Below are positions 51,090 through 62,650 of a stretch of 64,000 nt of DNA, piece by piece. Positions within the stretch are counted from its first letter, which is position 1; the number at the start of each line of letters is the position of its first letter. Made by a program: the position numbers and the translations under genes. Below the pieces are notes generated by a model. That model worked only from the letters and a program-made list of their open reading frames with translations, did not search any database and had not been told where the DNA came from. The stretch is taken from contig NW_024056013.1 in NCBI RefSeq assembly GCF_902713615.1, forward strand, positions 746,773 through 810,772. Direction: 5' to 3'. The DNA comes from Scyliorhinus canicula (Eukaryota).

Positions 51090-54000
51090 ATGGAATAGAG
51101 CAGAGCCCTGGAAAAGGTAGAGAGATGGGAAATGTGCGGGAAGCCTCGGAAAAGGCAGAGAGCTGTGGAAACCTGCGGGGAGCCTGAGAAATATAGAAGT
51201 TGGGGAAAGGACAGGGAGCCTGGGAAAAGGCAGAGAGCCGGGGAAAGCACAGGGAGCCTGGGAAAAGGCGAGAGCCGGGGGAAAGCATAGGGAAGCTGGA
51301 AAAGGTAGAGAGCTGGGGAAAAGCACAGGGAGCCTGGGAAAATATAGCGAGCTGGGGAAAGGACAGGGAGCCTGGGAAAAGGCAGAGAGCCGGGAAAAAG
51401 CACGGGAAGCTGGGAAAAGGTAGAGAGTTGGGGAAAAGCACAGGGAGACTGGGAAAAGGCAGAGAGCCGGGAAAAAGCGCAGGGAAGCTGGGAAAGGTAG
51501 AGAGTTGGGAAAAGCACAGGAGACTGGGAAAAGGCAGCGATCTGGAGAAAGTACAGGGAGCCTGGGAAAAGGTAGAGGTTTGGGGGAAAGCGCATAAGCC
51601 TGGGAAAAGGTAGAAAGCTGGGAAAACGTGCGGGAGCCTGGGAGAGTAGAAAGCTGGTGAAACGTGCGGGGAGCCTGGGAAAAGTAGAGAGCTGGGGGAA
51701 AGCGCAGGGAGCCTGGGAAAAGGTAGAGAGCTGGGGGAAAGCACAGGAAGCCTGGAAAAGGTAGAGAGCTGGGGAAAAGTGCGGGGAGTCTGGAAAAAGG
51801 CAGTGAGCTGGGAAAAGCGCAGGGAGTCTGGGAAAGGGCAGAGAGCGGGGAAAGCACAGGGAGCCTGGGAACAGAGAGCTGGGGAAAAGCACATGAGCCT
51901 GGAAATGTATAGAGCTGTGGAAAAGCGCAGGGAGCCTGTGAAAATAGAAAGCTGGGAAAAGTGCTGGGAGTTTGGGAAAAGGCGAGTTGGGGGAAGCGCA
52001 GGGAGTCTGGAAAGGGCAAGAGTTGGGGGAATAGGACAGGGAGCCTGGGAAACGTTTGAGAGCTGGAGGAAAGCAAAAGGATCTGGAAAATGCAGGAAGC
52101 TGGCGAAAGCGCAGGGAGCCTGGGAAAAGGTAGAGAGCTGGGGGAAAGCACAGGAAGCCTGGAAAAGGGCAGAGAGCGGGGGAAAGCACAGGGAGCCTGG
52201 GAACAGGCAGAGAGCTGGGGAAGAGCACAGGAGCCTGGGAAAATGTATAGAGCTGTGGAAAAGCGCAGGGAGCCTGTGAAAAGGTAGAAATGCTGGGGAA
52301 AGTGCGGGGAGTTTGGGAAAAGGCAAGAGTTGGGGAAAGCGCAGGGAGTCTGGGAAAGGGCAGAGAGTTGGGGGAATAGGACAGGGAGCCTGGGAACGTT
52401 TGAGAGCTGGAGGAAAGCAAAGGAGTCTGGAAAATGCAGGAAGCTGGGCGAAAGCTCAGGGAGCCTGGGAAAAGGCTGAGAGCTGGGAAAAGCGCAGGGA
52501 GCCTGGAAAAGGCTGAGAGCTGGGAAAAGCGTAGGGAGACTGGGAAAGCTGAGAGCTGGGGAAAAGCGCAGGGAGCCTGGGAAAAGGCTGAGAGCTGGGG
52601 GAAAGCGTAGGGGACTGGGAAAGGCTGAGAGCTGGGAAAGCACAGGGAGACTGGAAAAGGCTTAGAGCTGGGGAAAAGCACAGGAGACTGGGAAAAGGCT
52701 GAGAGCTGGGAAAAGCGCAGGGAGACTGGAAAAGGTAGACAGCTGGGAAAAAGCGCAGGATGCCTGGAAAAGGTAAGAGCTGGGAAAAGCACAGGATGCC
52801 TGGGAAAAGGTAGAGTGCTGGGAAAAAGCACAGGATGCCTGGGAAAGGTAGAGAGCTGGGGAAAATGACAGGAAGCCTGGAGACGATATGAGATGGGGAA
52901 AGCACGGGAGCCTGGGAAAAGATAGAGCTGGGGAAAAGCGCAGGGAGACTGGGAAAAGGTATGGAGCTGGGGAAAATGCAGGGAGCCTGGGAAAAAAGGA
53001 GCTGGGGAAAAGCGCAGGAGACTGGAAAAGATAGAGCTGGGAAAAGCGCAGGGAGACTGGAAAAGGTATAGAGCTGGGAAAAGCAAGAGACTGGGAAAAG
53101 AAGGAGCTGGGAAAAGCACAGGGAGACTGGGAAAATGCAGAGAGCTGGGGAAAGTGCAGGAGCCTGGAAAGGTAGAGACGGGGAAAAGCACAGGGAGCCT
53201 GGAAAATGTAGAGAGCTGGGGGGAAAGCGCAGGGTGCCTGGGAAAAGATGGAGCTGGGGAAAAAGCACAGGGAGACTGGAAAATAGAGAGCTGGGAAAAG
53301 CACAGGAAGCCTGGGAAAAGGTAGAGAGCTGGAAAAAGCACAGGATGCCTGGGAAAAGGTAGAGAGCTGGGGAAAATCACAGGAAGCCTGGAGACGATAT
53401 GGAGCTGGGGGAAAGCACAGGGCCTGGAAAAGATAGAGCTGGGGAAAAGCGCAGGGACACTGGAAAAGGTATAGAGCTGGGAAAAGTGCAGGGAGCCTGG
53501 GAAAGAAGGAGCTGGGGAAAAGCGCAGGGACTGGGAAAAGGTATAGAGCTGGGGAAAAGTGCAGGGAGCCTGGGAAAAAAGGAGCTGGGGAAAAGCGCAG
53601 GGAGACTGGGAAAAATAGAGAGCTGGGGAAAAGTGCAGGGAGCCTGGGAAAAGGTAGAGAGCTGGGGGAAAGCGCAGGGAGCCTGGGAAAGGATGGAGCT
53701 GGGGAAAGCACAGGGAGCCTGGAACAGGCAGAGAGCTGGGGAAGAGCACAGGAGCCTGGGAAAATGTATAGAGCTGTGGAAAAGCGCAGGGAGCCTGTGA
53801 AAAGGTAGAAAGCTGGGGAAAAGTGCGGGGTGTTTGGGAAAGGCAGAGATTGGGGGAAAGCGCAGGGAGTCTGGGAAAGGGCAGAGAGTTGGGGGAATAG
53901 GACAGGGAGCCTGGGAACGTTTGAGAGCTGAGGAAAGCAAAGGAGTCTGGAAAATGCAGGAAGCTGGGCGAAAGCTCAGGAGCCTGGGAAAAGGCTGAGA

Positions 54001-56520
54001 GCTGGGAAAAGCGCAGGGAGCCTGGGAAAAGGCTGAGAGCTGGGGAAAAGCGTAGGGAGACTGGGAAAAGGCTGAGAGCTGGGGAAAACGCAGGGAGCCT
54101 GGGAAAAGGCTGAGAGCTGGGGGAAAGCGTAGGGGACTGGGAAGGCTGAGAGCTGGGAAAAGCACAGGGAGACTGGGAAAGGCTGAGAGCTGGGGAAAAG
54201 CACAGGGAGACTGGGAAAAGGCTGAGAGCTGGGGAAAAGCGCAGGGAGACTGGGAAAAGGTAGAGAGCTGGGGAAAATGACGGAGCCTGGAGACGATATG
54301 GAGATGGGGAAAGCACAGGGAGCCTGGGAAAAGATAGAGCTGGGAAAAGCGCAGGGAGACTGGAAAAGGTATGGAGCTGGGGAAAAGTGCAGGGAGCCTG
54401 GGAAAAGAAGGAGCTGGGGAAAAGCGCAGGGAGACTGGGAAAAGATAGAGCTGGGGAAAAGCGCAGGGAGACTGGGAAAAGGTATAGAGCTGGGAAAAGT
54501 GCAAAGAGACTGGGAAAAGAAGGAGCTGGGGAATAAGCACAGGGAGACTGGGAAAATGCAGAAAGCTGGGGAAAAGTGCAGGGAGCCTGGGAAAAGGTAG
54601 AGAGACGGGAAAAGCACAGGGAGCCTGGGAAAATGTAGAGAGCTGGGGGAAAGCGCAGGGAGCCTGGGAAAAGATGGAGCTGGGGAAAAGCACAGGGAGA
54701 CTGGGAAAAGATAGAGAGTTGGGGGAAAGCACAGGGAGCCTGGGAAAAGGTAGAGAGCTGGGAAAAAGCACAGGATGCCTGGGAAAAGGTAGAGAGCTGG
54801 GGAAAATCACAGGAAGCCTGGGAGACGATATGGAGCTGGGGGAAAGCACAGGGAGCCTGGGAAAAGATAGAGCTGGGGAAAAGCGCAGGGACACTGGGAA
54901 AAGGTATAGAGCTGGGGAAAAGTGCAGGGAGCCTGGGAAATGAAGGAGCTGGGGAAAAGCGCAGCTGGGAAAAGTAGAGCTGGGGAAAAGTGCAGCCTGG
55001 GAAATGAAGGAGCTGGGAAAAATGCAGGGAGCCTGGGAAAAGAAGGAGCTGGGGAAAAGCGCAGGGAGACTGGGAAAAATAGAGAGCTGGGAAAAGTGCA
55101 GGGAGCCTGGGAAAAGGTAGAGAGCTGGGGGGAAAGCGCAGGGAGCCTGGGAAAGGATGGAGCTGGGGAAAAGCACAGGGAGGCTGGGAAAGGCAGAGAG
55201 TTGGGGAAAAGCACAGGGAGTCTGGGAAAGGGCAGAGAGTTGGGGAAAGCGCAGGGAGCCTGGGAAAAGGTACAGAGCCGGGGAAAGCACAGGGAGCCTG
55301 GGAAAAGGCTGAGAGCTGGGGAAAAGCACAGGGAGACTGGGAAAAGGCTGAGAGCTGGGGAAAGCACAGGAGCCTGGGAAAAGGCTGAGAGCTGGGGAAA
55401 AGCGGAGGGAGACTGGGAAAGGCTGAGAGCTGGGGAAAAGCGCAGGGAGACTGGGAAAAGTTGAGCTGGGGAAAAGCACAGGGAGACTGGGAAAAGGTAG
55501 AGAGCTGGGAAAAAGCACAGGATGCCTGGGAAAAGGTAGAGAGCTGGGAAAAAGCAGGATGCCTGGGAAAAGGTAGAGAGCTGGGGAAATCACAGGAAGC
55601 CTGGGAGACGATATGGCGATGGGGCAAAGCACAGGGAGCCTGGGAAAGATAGAGCTGGGGAAAAGCGCAGAGAGACTGGGAAAAGGTATAGAGCTGGGGA
55701 AAATGCAGGGAGCCTGGGAAAAGAAGGAGCTGGGGAAAAGCGCAGGGAGACTGGGAAAAGATAGAGCTGGGGAAAAGTGCAGCGAGCCTGGGAAGAGAAG
55801 GAGCTGGGGAAAAGCGCAGGGAGACTGGGAAAAGGTAGAGCGATGGGGAAAAGCACAGGGAGCCTGGGAAAAGGTAGAGCTGGGGGGGAAGCGCAGGGAG
55901 CCTGGGAAAAGATGGAGCTGGGGAAAGTGCAGGGAGACTGGGAAAAGGCAGAGAGCTGGGGAAACACAGGGTGCCTCGGATATGGCAGCGAGCTGGGTGG
56001 TGGGGGGGGGGACACATGGAGCCTGGGAAATGGTATAAAGCTGGGTTAAAGTACAGGGAGCCTGGGAAAAGGCAGAGAGCTGGGGAAAAGCACAGGAGCC
56101 TGACAAAGGCAGAGAGCTGGGGAAAAGCACAGGGAGCCTCGGAATGGGTAGCGAGCTGGCGGGGGGGGGGGGGGGGAGAGGGTGCGGGAACTCACGGAGC
56201 CTGGGAAATGGTATAAAGCTGGGTAAAGTATGGGAGCCTGGGAAATACGAGAGCTGAGTAGTGAGCAGGTGAGATGGGCAGAGAGCTGAGCGCAGACAGG
56301 GGAGAATCTGCAGGAACACGGGGAAAAGTGGTAATTGCTGGGCCAAAGCCAATAATCAGGGGCAAAGTGCCATGTTCTGGGGAAAAGCACAAAGAGCAAG
56401 TGGAAAGTTCCAGAAGCTGAGGCAAAGAGCAAACAACCTGGATAACAGCTGGGCAAATTACAGAAGTGGAGGAAAGATCAGAGAGCTGGGAAAAGCGCAG
56501 AGAGCTGGGAAAAGGACAGG
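51090..56520 (+). repeat. G/purine-rich ~39-bp tandem array with AGCT cores in the JH-Cmu intron (switch-region-like)
   Basis: Consensus approx. GGGAAAAGG(T/C)(A/T)GAGAGCTGGGGAAAAGC(G/A)CAGGGAG(C/A)CT, about 140 units estimated from length; ends ~0.7 kb before Cmu1. Confidence 0.95.
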
Positions 56521-57201
56521 ATTCTGGTTAACGCGGATACATGGAATGCGGAGTCCATCCCACAATCCGCTCCGCCATAATCATATTGAATGGTGCAGGA
56601 GACCTGAGGGACCGAATGGCCGCATCCCGCTTTTAATGTCCAGGGTCCTGTAATTGGAGAATTCTGGAGTTACTTGCACATGTGCTCAAACGTAGAATTT
56701 TATAGTCATTCTGTAAATACCTATGATTTTTCTGAAGCAAAGTCACGACTCCTTGTTTTGGGGAGTGGGGGTAGTGAGGTGGAGAGATGGGGGACATCAG
56801 TCAGTTTGAACACAGGGAATTTCCAAACAGCAATGACCGAAATGAAGAGACAACTTCTTTATCACAAAGTGCTGTTGGTGGAAAAAACATTGGTGTCATA
56901 AATAATGGGGAAACCCTCCGCTCTGCTCATTTAAAGGAATGAATGGTACGTTTTCAGATGACACCATAATGCTAATTTCTGCAAGGTGTTAGAAATGGAG
57001 AAAGAGATGTGAGTTTCTAAAGAGGGAATAAACAAATGGTGATTCTCAAAAGTTAGAAGTAACAGAAGCTCAAGTATGGATGCAGTTTTAATGCGAACGG
57101 TTTATGATAAATTTGTAACTTTATCCAAATTCTAAGTTCAAGATTCTAATCTTAATGACAAATCCCAGAGTCTAACTTGTTCAATTGGCCATTCTCCCCA
57201 G

Positions 57202-57495
57202 CGACACCGTCTCCGCCCACTCTACAGCCTGGTCTCCTGTCAGCAACACAATACCGGCGGCTCCGTCACCTACGGCTGTTTGGCGATGGACTACTCCCCA
57301 GAAATCACCAGCCTTACCTGGAAGAAAGATGGGCAGCTGATCAGCACTGGAGTTAAGGAATACCCGTCAGTGAGAAACAAGAAGGGAACCTACACCCTGA
57401 GCAGCCAGTTAACCATCACCGAGTCAGAGGGGGAATGCAGCAAATCAGCTGTGAGGTTCGACACAGCGGCTCAGACAAGAGCATTGGAATGACAT
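57202..57495 (+). pseudogene. IGHM: IgM Cmu1 exon, two frameshifts as assembled
   Basis: CCCCAG acceptor; [89 protein letters not shown]; -2 at ~57220 and -1 at ~57443; GTAAGT donor. Exon identity is firm; pseudogene status is uncertain. Confidence 0.9.
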
Positions 57496-57696
57496 GTAAG
57501 TGTTATGGAAACTGCGCGAAGCAGAACCGCTGTGATTACTTTATTTACACCTTTGGCTATAACATATTTATGATAAAGTGTGCCGTTCTGATTCCTGAGG
57601 AAAATATTGGCCGCAGAGAAACAGTTAAAATATAATAAATCATTTTATTTGTCACACCATCTTCTGCAAGAAATGTCTAAATTGTGTTTCTTGAAG

Positions 57697-58004
57697 GCCC
57701 GCCTGGTGTCCCTCCACATGTTATCCTCACCGTGAGTTCCAGTGAAGAAATCACAAGACAGAAATTTGCAACCATCGTCTGTTCAATTAACGATTTCCAG
57801 ACAAATTCAATCACGGTAAAGTGGCTGAAGAATGGACAACCCATGGCTTCAGGAATTGTCACCTCTCCCGCCTGTGAAGTGAACGGGAACTTCTCGGCGA
57901 GCAGTCGGCTGACTGTCTCGCTGGGGAATGGTTCAGCAAAGCGGTCTATACCTGCCAGGTCACTCATCAAGAGGTCACCCAAAGTCACAACATCACCGCG
58001 TCTG
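57697..58004 (+). pseudogene. IGHM: IgM Cmu2 exon, one frameshift as assembled
   Basis: [79 protein letters not shown]; -1 at ~57919. Confidence 0.9.
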
Positions 58005-58628
58005 GTAAGAGACACAACAGAGGAAACAGTAAATCATCCTGCAATCTGATGTTAATCCAAATCAGGAATTTATTAAATCAGGACAAAGCACAGAATAACT
58101 TCTAATTTACTGCCATGTAGTTTATTTTCATGATGTAAGAGCTGCATTAGGATTGCTCACCATTCAGGATTTGATCAGCAGAGAAATAAATGTTTCCCTC
58201 TAATTTGAAGTCATTTAGTGAGTGAGGTGGATTTGATATCAGCCTTATCCTGAGACAGCTGATTATATTTGAGAGGCAGTGGGTGTCTGAACCCCTTTAT
58301 TGATAACAGCTCCAAGGAAAATTGTTGGAAAGTTCATTCAACCTATTTATAAATCAGCCTTCCGTATTAGGTTTCCGAGATCAGGATTGGAATATTTGTA
58401 TTGGGAATGCTGCAATACTCGTTCATTAGAATGCCATTGGTGCTGACTGTATTTCACAATGAGAATCGTTTAAGATGACCAAACTGGTTTTCCATTGTGT
58501 ACAGAAGATTAATGGCGATCATTAGAAGTTTCGAAGTTGATTTATTCCCATTGAGTGAGTGAAGGCTGAATCCTTCTGTCCTGATTCTGAAGATGAAACT
58601 TGTGTTGATTTTCATGTTTCATTCACAG

Positions 58629-58935
58629 ATCCTTCTGATTGTATTACCGCCTCAGTAACAATACTGCCACCACCAATAGAACAGGTCTTACTGGAGGCGA
58701 CTGTCACCTTAACCTGCGTCATTTCGAATGGTCCTTATGGTCAACGTGTCCTGGAGTGAAGCGAAGAAGCCGCTGAAATCAGAGATTGCCGACCAGCCTG
58801 GGGCAGATACTGAGAGCGTGGTCAGCAAATTAAACATCTCGACACAAGCCTGGCTGAGTGGGGCTGTGTTTGACTGTGTGGCGAGCCATCAGGACCTGCC
58901 AACTCCTTTAAGAATTTCAATCCACAAAAAAATAG
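58629..58935 (+). pseudogene. IGHM: IgM Cmu3 exon, one frameshift as assembled
   Basis: [83 protein letters not shown]; -2 at ~58740. Confidence 0.9.
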
Positions 58936-59149
58936 GTGAGCGGTGAAACTGAAGCAATAAGTGAGTCATTGTGTCTATTTCTAGTGTCAGTGCAGCGGTC
59001 AGTATTTAGCATTCAGTGTATTTATGGTCCATTCTGATTGGTAATTCCACGAATAAATATTTTGGGCCTGTTGATCTTAAGGGGGAAATTGCTACGTAGA
59101 TGAAGGAACAATGAATTAAAAGCAGTGGTATGGGGTTTAGACGGAGCTA

Positions 59150-60830
59150 GACCAATGCTACAAGACTTAGGAGCAGCTGAAGGCCATTCAGCCCAACAAC
59201 ACTGATCCAGCCTTCAATGAGATCATAACTGATCTGATGTGATGGTCGTCAACTCCTCTTTCCCGCCTTCTCCCGCTGTTACCAGACACCTAAACGACCC
59301 TCTTACGGACTGACCTCATTAACGCTACACCTCTGTCTGCTTCACCCGATGCCGGTGTTAAGTAGTTACATTGTGTACCTTATGTTGCCCTGTTATGTAT
59401 TTTATTTTATTTCCCTTTCTTTTCATGTACTTAATGATCTGTTGAGCTGCTCGCAGAAAAATACTTTTCACTGTACCTCGGTACACGTGACAATAAACAA
59501 AATCCAATCCCATATCTCTCATTGGTTGAAAATATGTCTCTCTCAACCTTGAACATACTGAACAACCCAGAATCTACAGCCCCCTGGGTTAAATAATTCT
59601 ACAGCTCCCCGACACTCTGAGAGAGGAAATTCCTTCTCATCTCTGTCTGAAATGGGCGAACATTGACTATGTGATCCTGCACTCTGGTCCCAGATGCTCC
59701 CACAAGGGAAAACAATCTCACAGCGACTACACTCCGAAGCTCCCTGAGAATCTTTCATGTCTCAATTAGGCCGCCTTCATTCTTCTAAACTCCAATCAGT
59801 CCAGGCCCAGCCTCCTTAACCTCTCCCCATAAGAAATCCGTCCATACTCGGGATCAACATCGTGATACTTCTCTGGACTGCCTTCAAAACCAATCTGTCT
59901 TCCTTAGATAAGGGCACCAAAGCTATTCAAAGTATATCAGGTGTAGTCTAACTAATGCCTTGTATAGTTTTAGCTCGACTTCCGCATGTTTATATTCTAT
60001 TCCCTTTGAAATAAATGTCAACATTCAATTGTCTCCATATTACCTGCAGAACTTGCGTTTTGTGGTTTCTGCGCGAGGACCCCCAATTCCCCCGTTACTT
60101 CAGCTTCCTGCAGTATTTCTCCAGCTAAATAATATTCTGTTATGTTCCTCCTCCTACCAAAGTGTCTCACCTCACATTTCTCAACATTATGTTCCATCTG
60201 CCAAGTTTTTACTCAGTAACTTAAGCTGTCTCTGTCCCTCTCTAGATTTTCTGTAACCTCACCACTTGCCTTTATATTTTTGTCATCTGCAGCCGTGGGA
60301 ATAGTGCATTCATTTATTAACACAGTTTGAAATTTATGTATATTACATCTAATGCCCCCCTTTCTCTAGCTTTCTCCTTATCACCTCAAATAAGGGCAAT
60401 AAATTTGTCAGGCATGATTTCACCTTCACGATGCCGTGCTGACTCTGTTTGATTATTGTGTATTTCTAAATGCTCAGCTATTGGATCCGTTATAATGGAC
60501 TCAAACCGTTTCCCACTGACAGATGTTAAGGTCCCTGGCCTATAGTTACTGTTTTTGACACCCTCCCTTTGAATAAGGGTGTCACATTGGCAGTTTTCTA
60601 ATCCTCTTGGGGTAAGGTGGGAGGAGCCTGTTTTGGAGTTTAGACACGCACAGAATAGTTGGGCCGAATGGCCTGTTCCCCTGCTGTACACTTTCTGAAA
60701 CTTTCGAACCAACATCCGTAAATTCTCAGGGAAAAGGATTGTGCCCACCTCTGCTCCGAGCTGGGAACCCGGACAGATCCCAAAGTGGAAAATGGAACCT
60801 TTAAAATCCAACACAAACCACATTTCTCTC
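59150..60830 (-). mobile_element. CR1 LINE fragments in the Cmu3-Cmu4 intron
   Basis: Minus strand NYRPGTLTSVSGKRFESII..HGFVKVKSCLTNL; CR1-type 3' end near 59165. Confidence 0.75.
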
Positions 60831-60901
60831 ACATCTAACCCGCGGTTCCATTGTCTCCGGAATTCCCCATTTTATTGACATTTATTGTACATTTTCTGCA
60901 G

Positions 60902-61288
60902 ATCCCAATCCGCGGGAACCGTCCGTCTCTGTCCTCCTGCCCTCGGCTGAAGACGTCTCCGCTCAGAGATTCGTCTCCCTCAGCTGCTTAGTGAGATTTC
61001 TCCCCCCGAGAGATCTTCGTCAAGTGGACCGTCAATGACAAGCCGGTGAATCCCGGGAACTACAAGAACACCGAGGTGATGGTGGAGAACGGCAATAGCT
61101 CCTTCTTCATGTACAGCCTGTTATCCATTGCAGCGGAGGAGTGGGCCAACGGCGCTTCTTACTCCTGTGTGGTGGGACATGAAGCCATCCCCTTGAAGAT
61201 CATCAACAACGGTTGATAAATCCAGCGGTAACCCAGTTTTGTGAACATTTCCCTCGCTCTGATGGACACCGTTAATTCATGTCAATGA
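60902..61288 (+). pseudogene. IGHM: IgM Cmu4 exon plus secretory tailpiece, three frameshifts as assembled
   Basis: [106 protein letters not shown]; tail N-glycan site NIS and penultimate Cys; internal TM splice donor AGCG|GTAA at 61227/61228. Confidence 0.9.
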
Positions 61289-61314
61289 GAATCGATTGGT
61301 TATATTCGAACTAA

Positions 61315-61328
61315 AATAAAATAATAAA
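61315..61328 (+). terminator. Tandem AATAAA polyadenylation signals for secretory mu mRNA
   Basis: AATAAA at 61315-61320 and 61323-61328, ~27 nt after the stop codon. Confidence 0.8.
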
Positions 61329-61396
61329 ACGTTTCCTCTAATTGTGATTTAAACATACAGCCACTTGATTAATGGTGTTTCCACTTTATGTTGATC

Positions 61397-61562
61397 TGAA
61401 ATGAAATGAAATCACTTTTGTCACAAGTAGACTTCAGTCAAGTTATTGTGAAAAGCCCCTCAGCGCCACATTCCGGCACCTGTTCGGGAGGCTGGTACGG
61501 GAATTGAACTGTGCTGCTGGCCCGTCTTGGTCTGCTTTAAAATCCAGCGATTTTAAACCAGT
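61397..61562 (-). mobile_element. SINE family A
   Basis: Same core. Confidence 0.8.
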
Positions 61563-61904
61563 CCCTGGTCAATGAGACCCGGATTTCTACAGGTCCCAGC
61601 CCCAAGTCTGATACAACCAGAGCTCTCAGCTCAGAAACACCCTGGGTTAGAGACAGAGTAAAACTCATTCATTCCATTCAGCAAAATATCTTCATTGACT
61701 TTCCTCCAGATGAGGAGAAACGGACAATTTCCCATTTCAGACAAACAAACCCATCACATTTAGATCTCGGTGTTCCTGCTCTCTCATTGTCCATCCCTTT
61801 AAAATTAATGTCAGCTTTAAGTTGCTGCATCACACCCACTGGGAACTGAATTGAGGGTCACACAGAAACATGGACCAACAATCCCCCGTCAAGAGAAGGG
61901 AAAG

Positions 61905-62650
61905 TGAAATTGTTAATCTACTGTACCCCTACCTCGCCAACAGAGAGAGTGGGAGGGGTATTAGTTTTCCACTGTCTCCCCACCCACCCACCTCCCCCAC
62001 AGAGAGAGGGGAAGGGCATTAGTTAAGCACTGTATCCCCACTTCCCCAACAGAGAGAGGGGAGGGGCATTAGTCCACTGTACCCCCACTTCCCCAACAAG
62101 AGGGGGAGGGGCATTAGTTAATCCACTGTACCCCCACTTCCCCAATAGAGGGAGGGGAGGGTCTTTAGTTAATTCACTGTACCCCCACTTCCCCAACAGA
62201 GAAGAGGGAGGGGCTTTAGTTAATCTACTGTACCCCCACTTCACCACAAGAGAGGGGGAGGGACATTAGTTAATCCACTGTACCCCACTTCACCAACAGA
62301 GAGAGTGGGAGGGGCTTTAGTTAATCCACTGTACCCCCACTTCACCAACAAAGAGAGGGCATTAGTTAATCCATTGTCTCCCCACGTCCCCAACAAAGAG
62401 AGGGGTTGGGGCATTACTTAACACACTGTACCCCCCACTTCCCCAGCAAAGCGAGGGAGGAGCATTAGTTAACACACTGTGCCCCCACTTCCCCAACAAG
62501 AGACAGTGGGGGCTGAGTTAATCCACTGGACACCCGCTTCCAACAATGATGGAAGGACATTATTAATCCACTGCCTCCCCACTTCCCCAACAAGAGAGCA
62601 AAGGGCAATACTAACCCGTTTTACCTCCACTTTCCCAACCACAAGAGGGG
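61905..62650. repeat. ~50-53 bp minisatellite, about 14 copies
   Basis: TTAGTTAATCCACTGTACCCCCACTTCCCCAACAGAGAGAGGGGAGGGGCA-like units. Confidence 0.88.

Noticed and set aside
51018-56352. Very long minus-strand ORFs (up to 1645 aa) and many short plus-strand ORFs
   Set aside because: They are translations of the tandem array (FPSSLP/SQAPCAF repeats); the repeat happens to lack stop codons in those frames. There is no domain or splice evidence.
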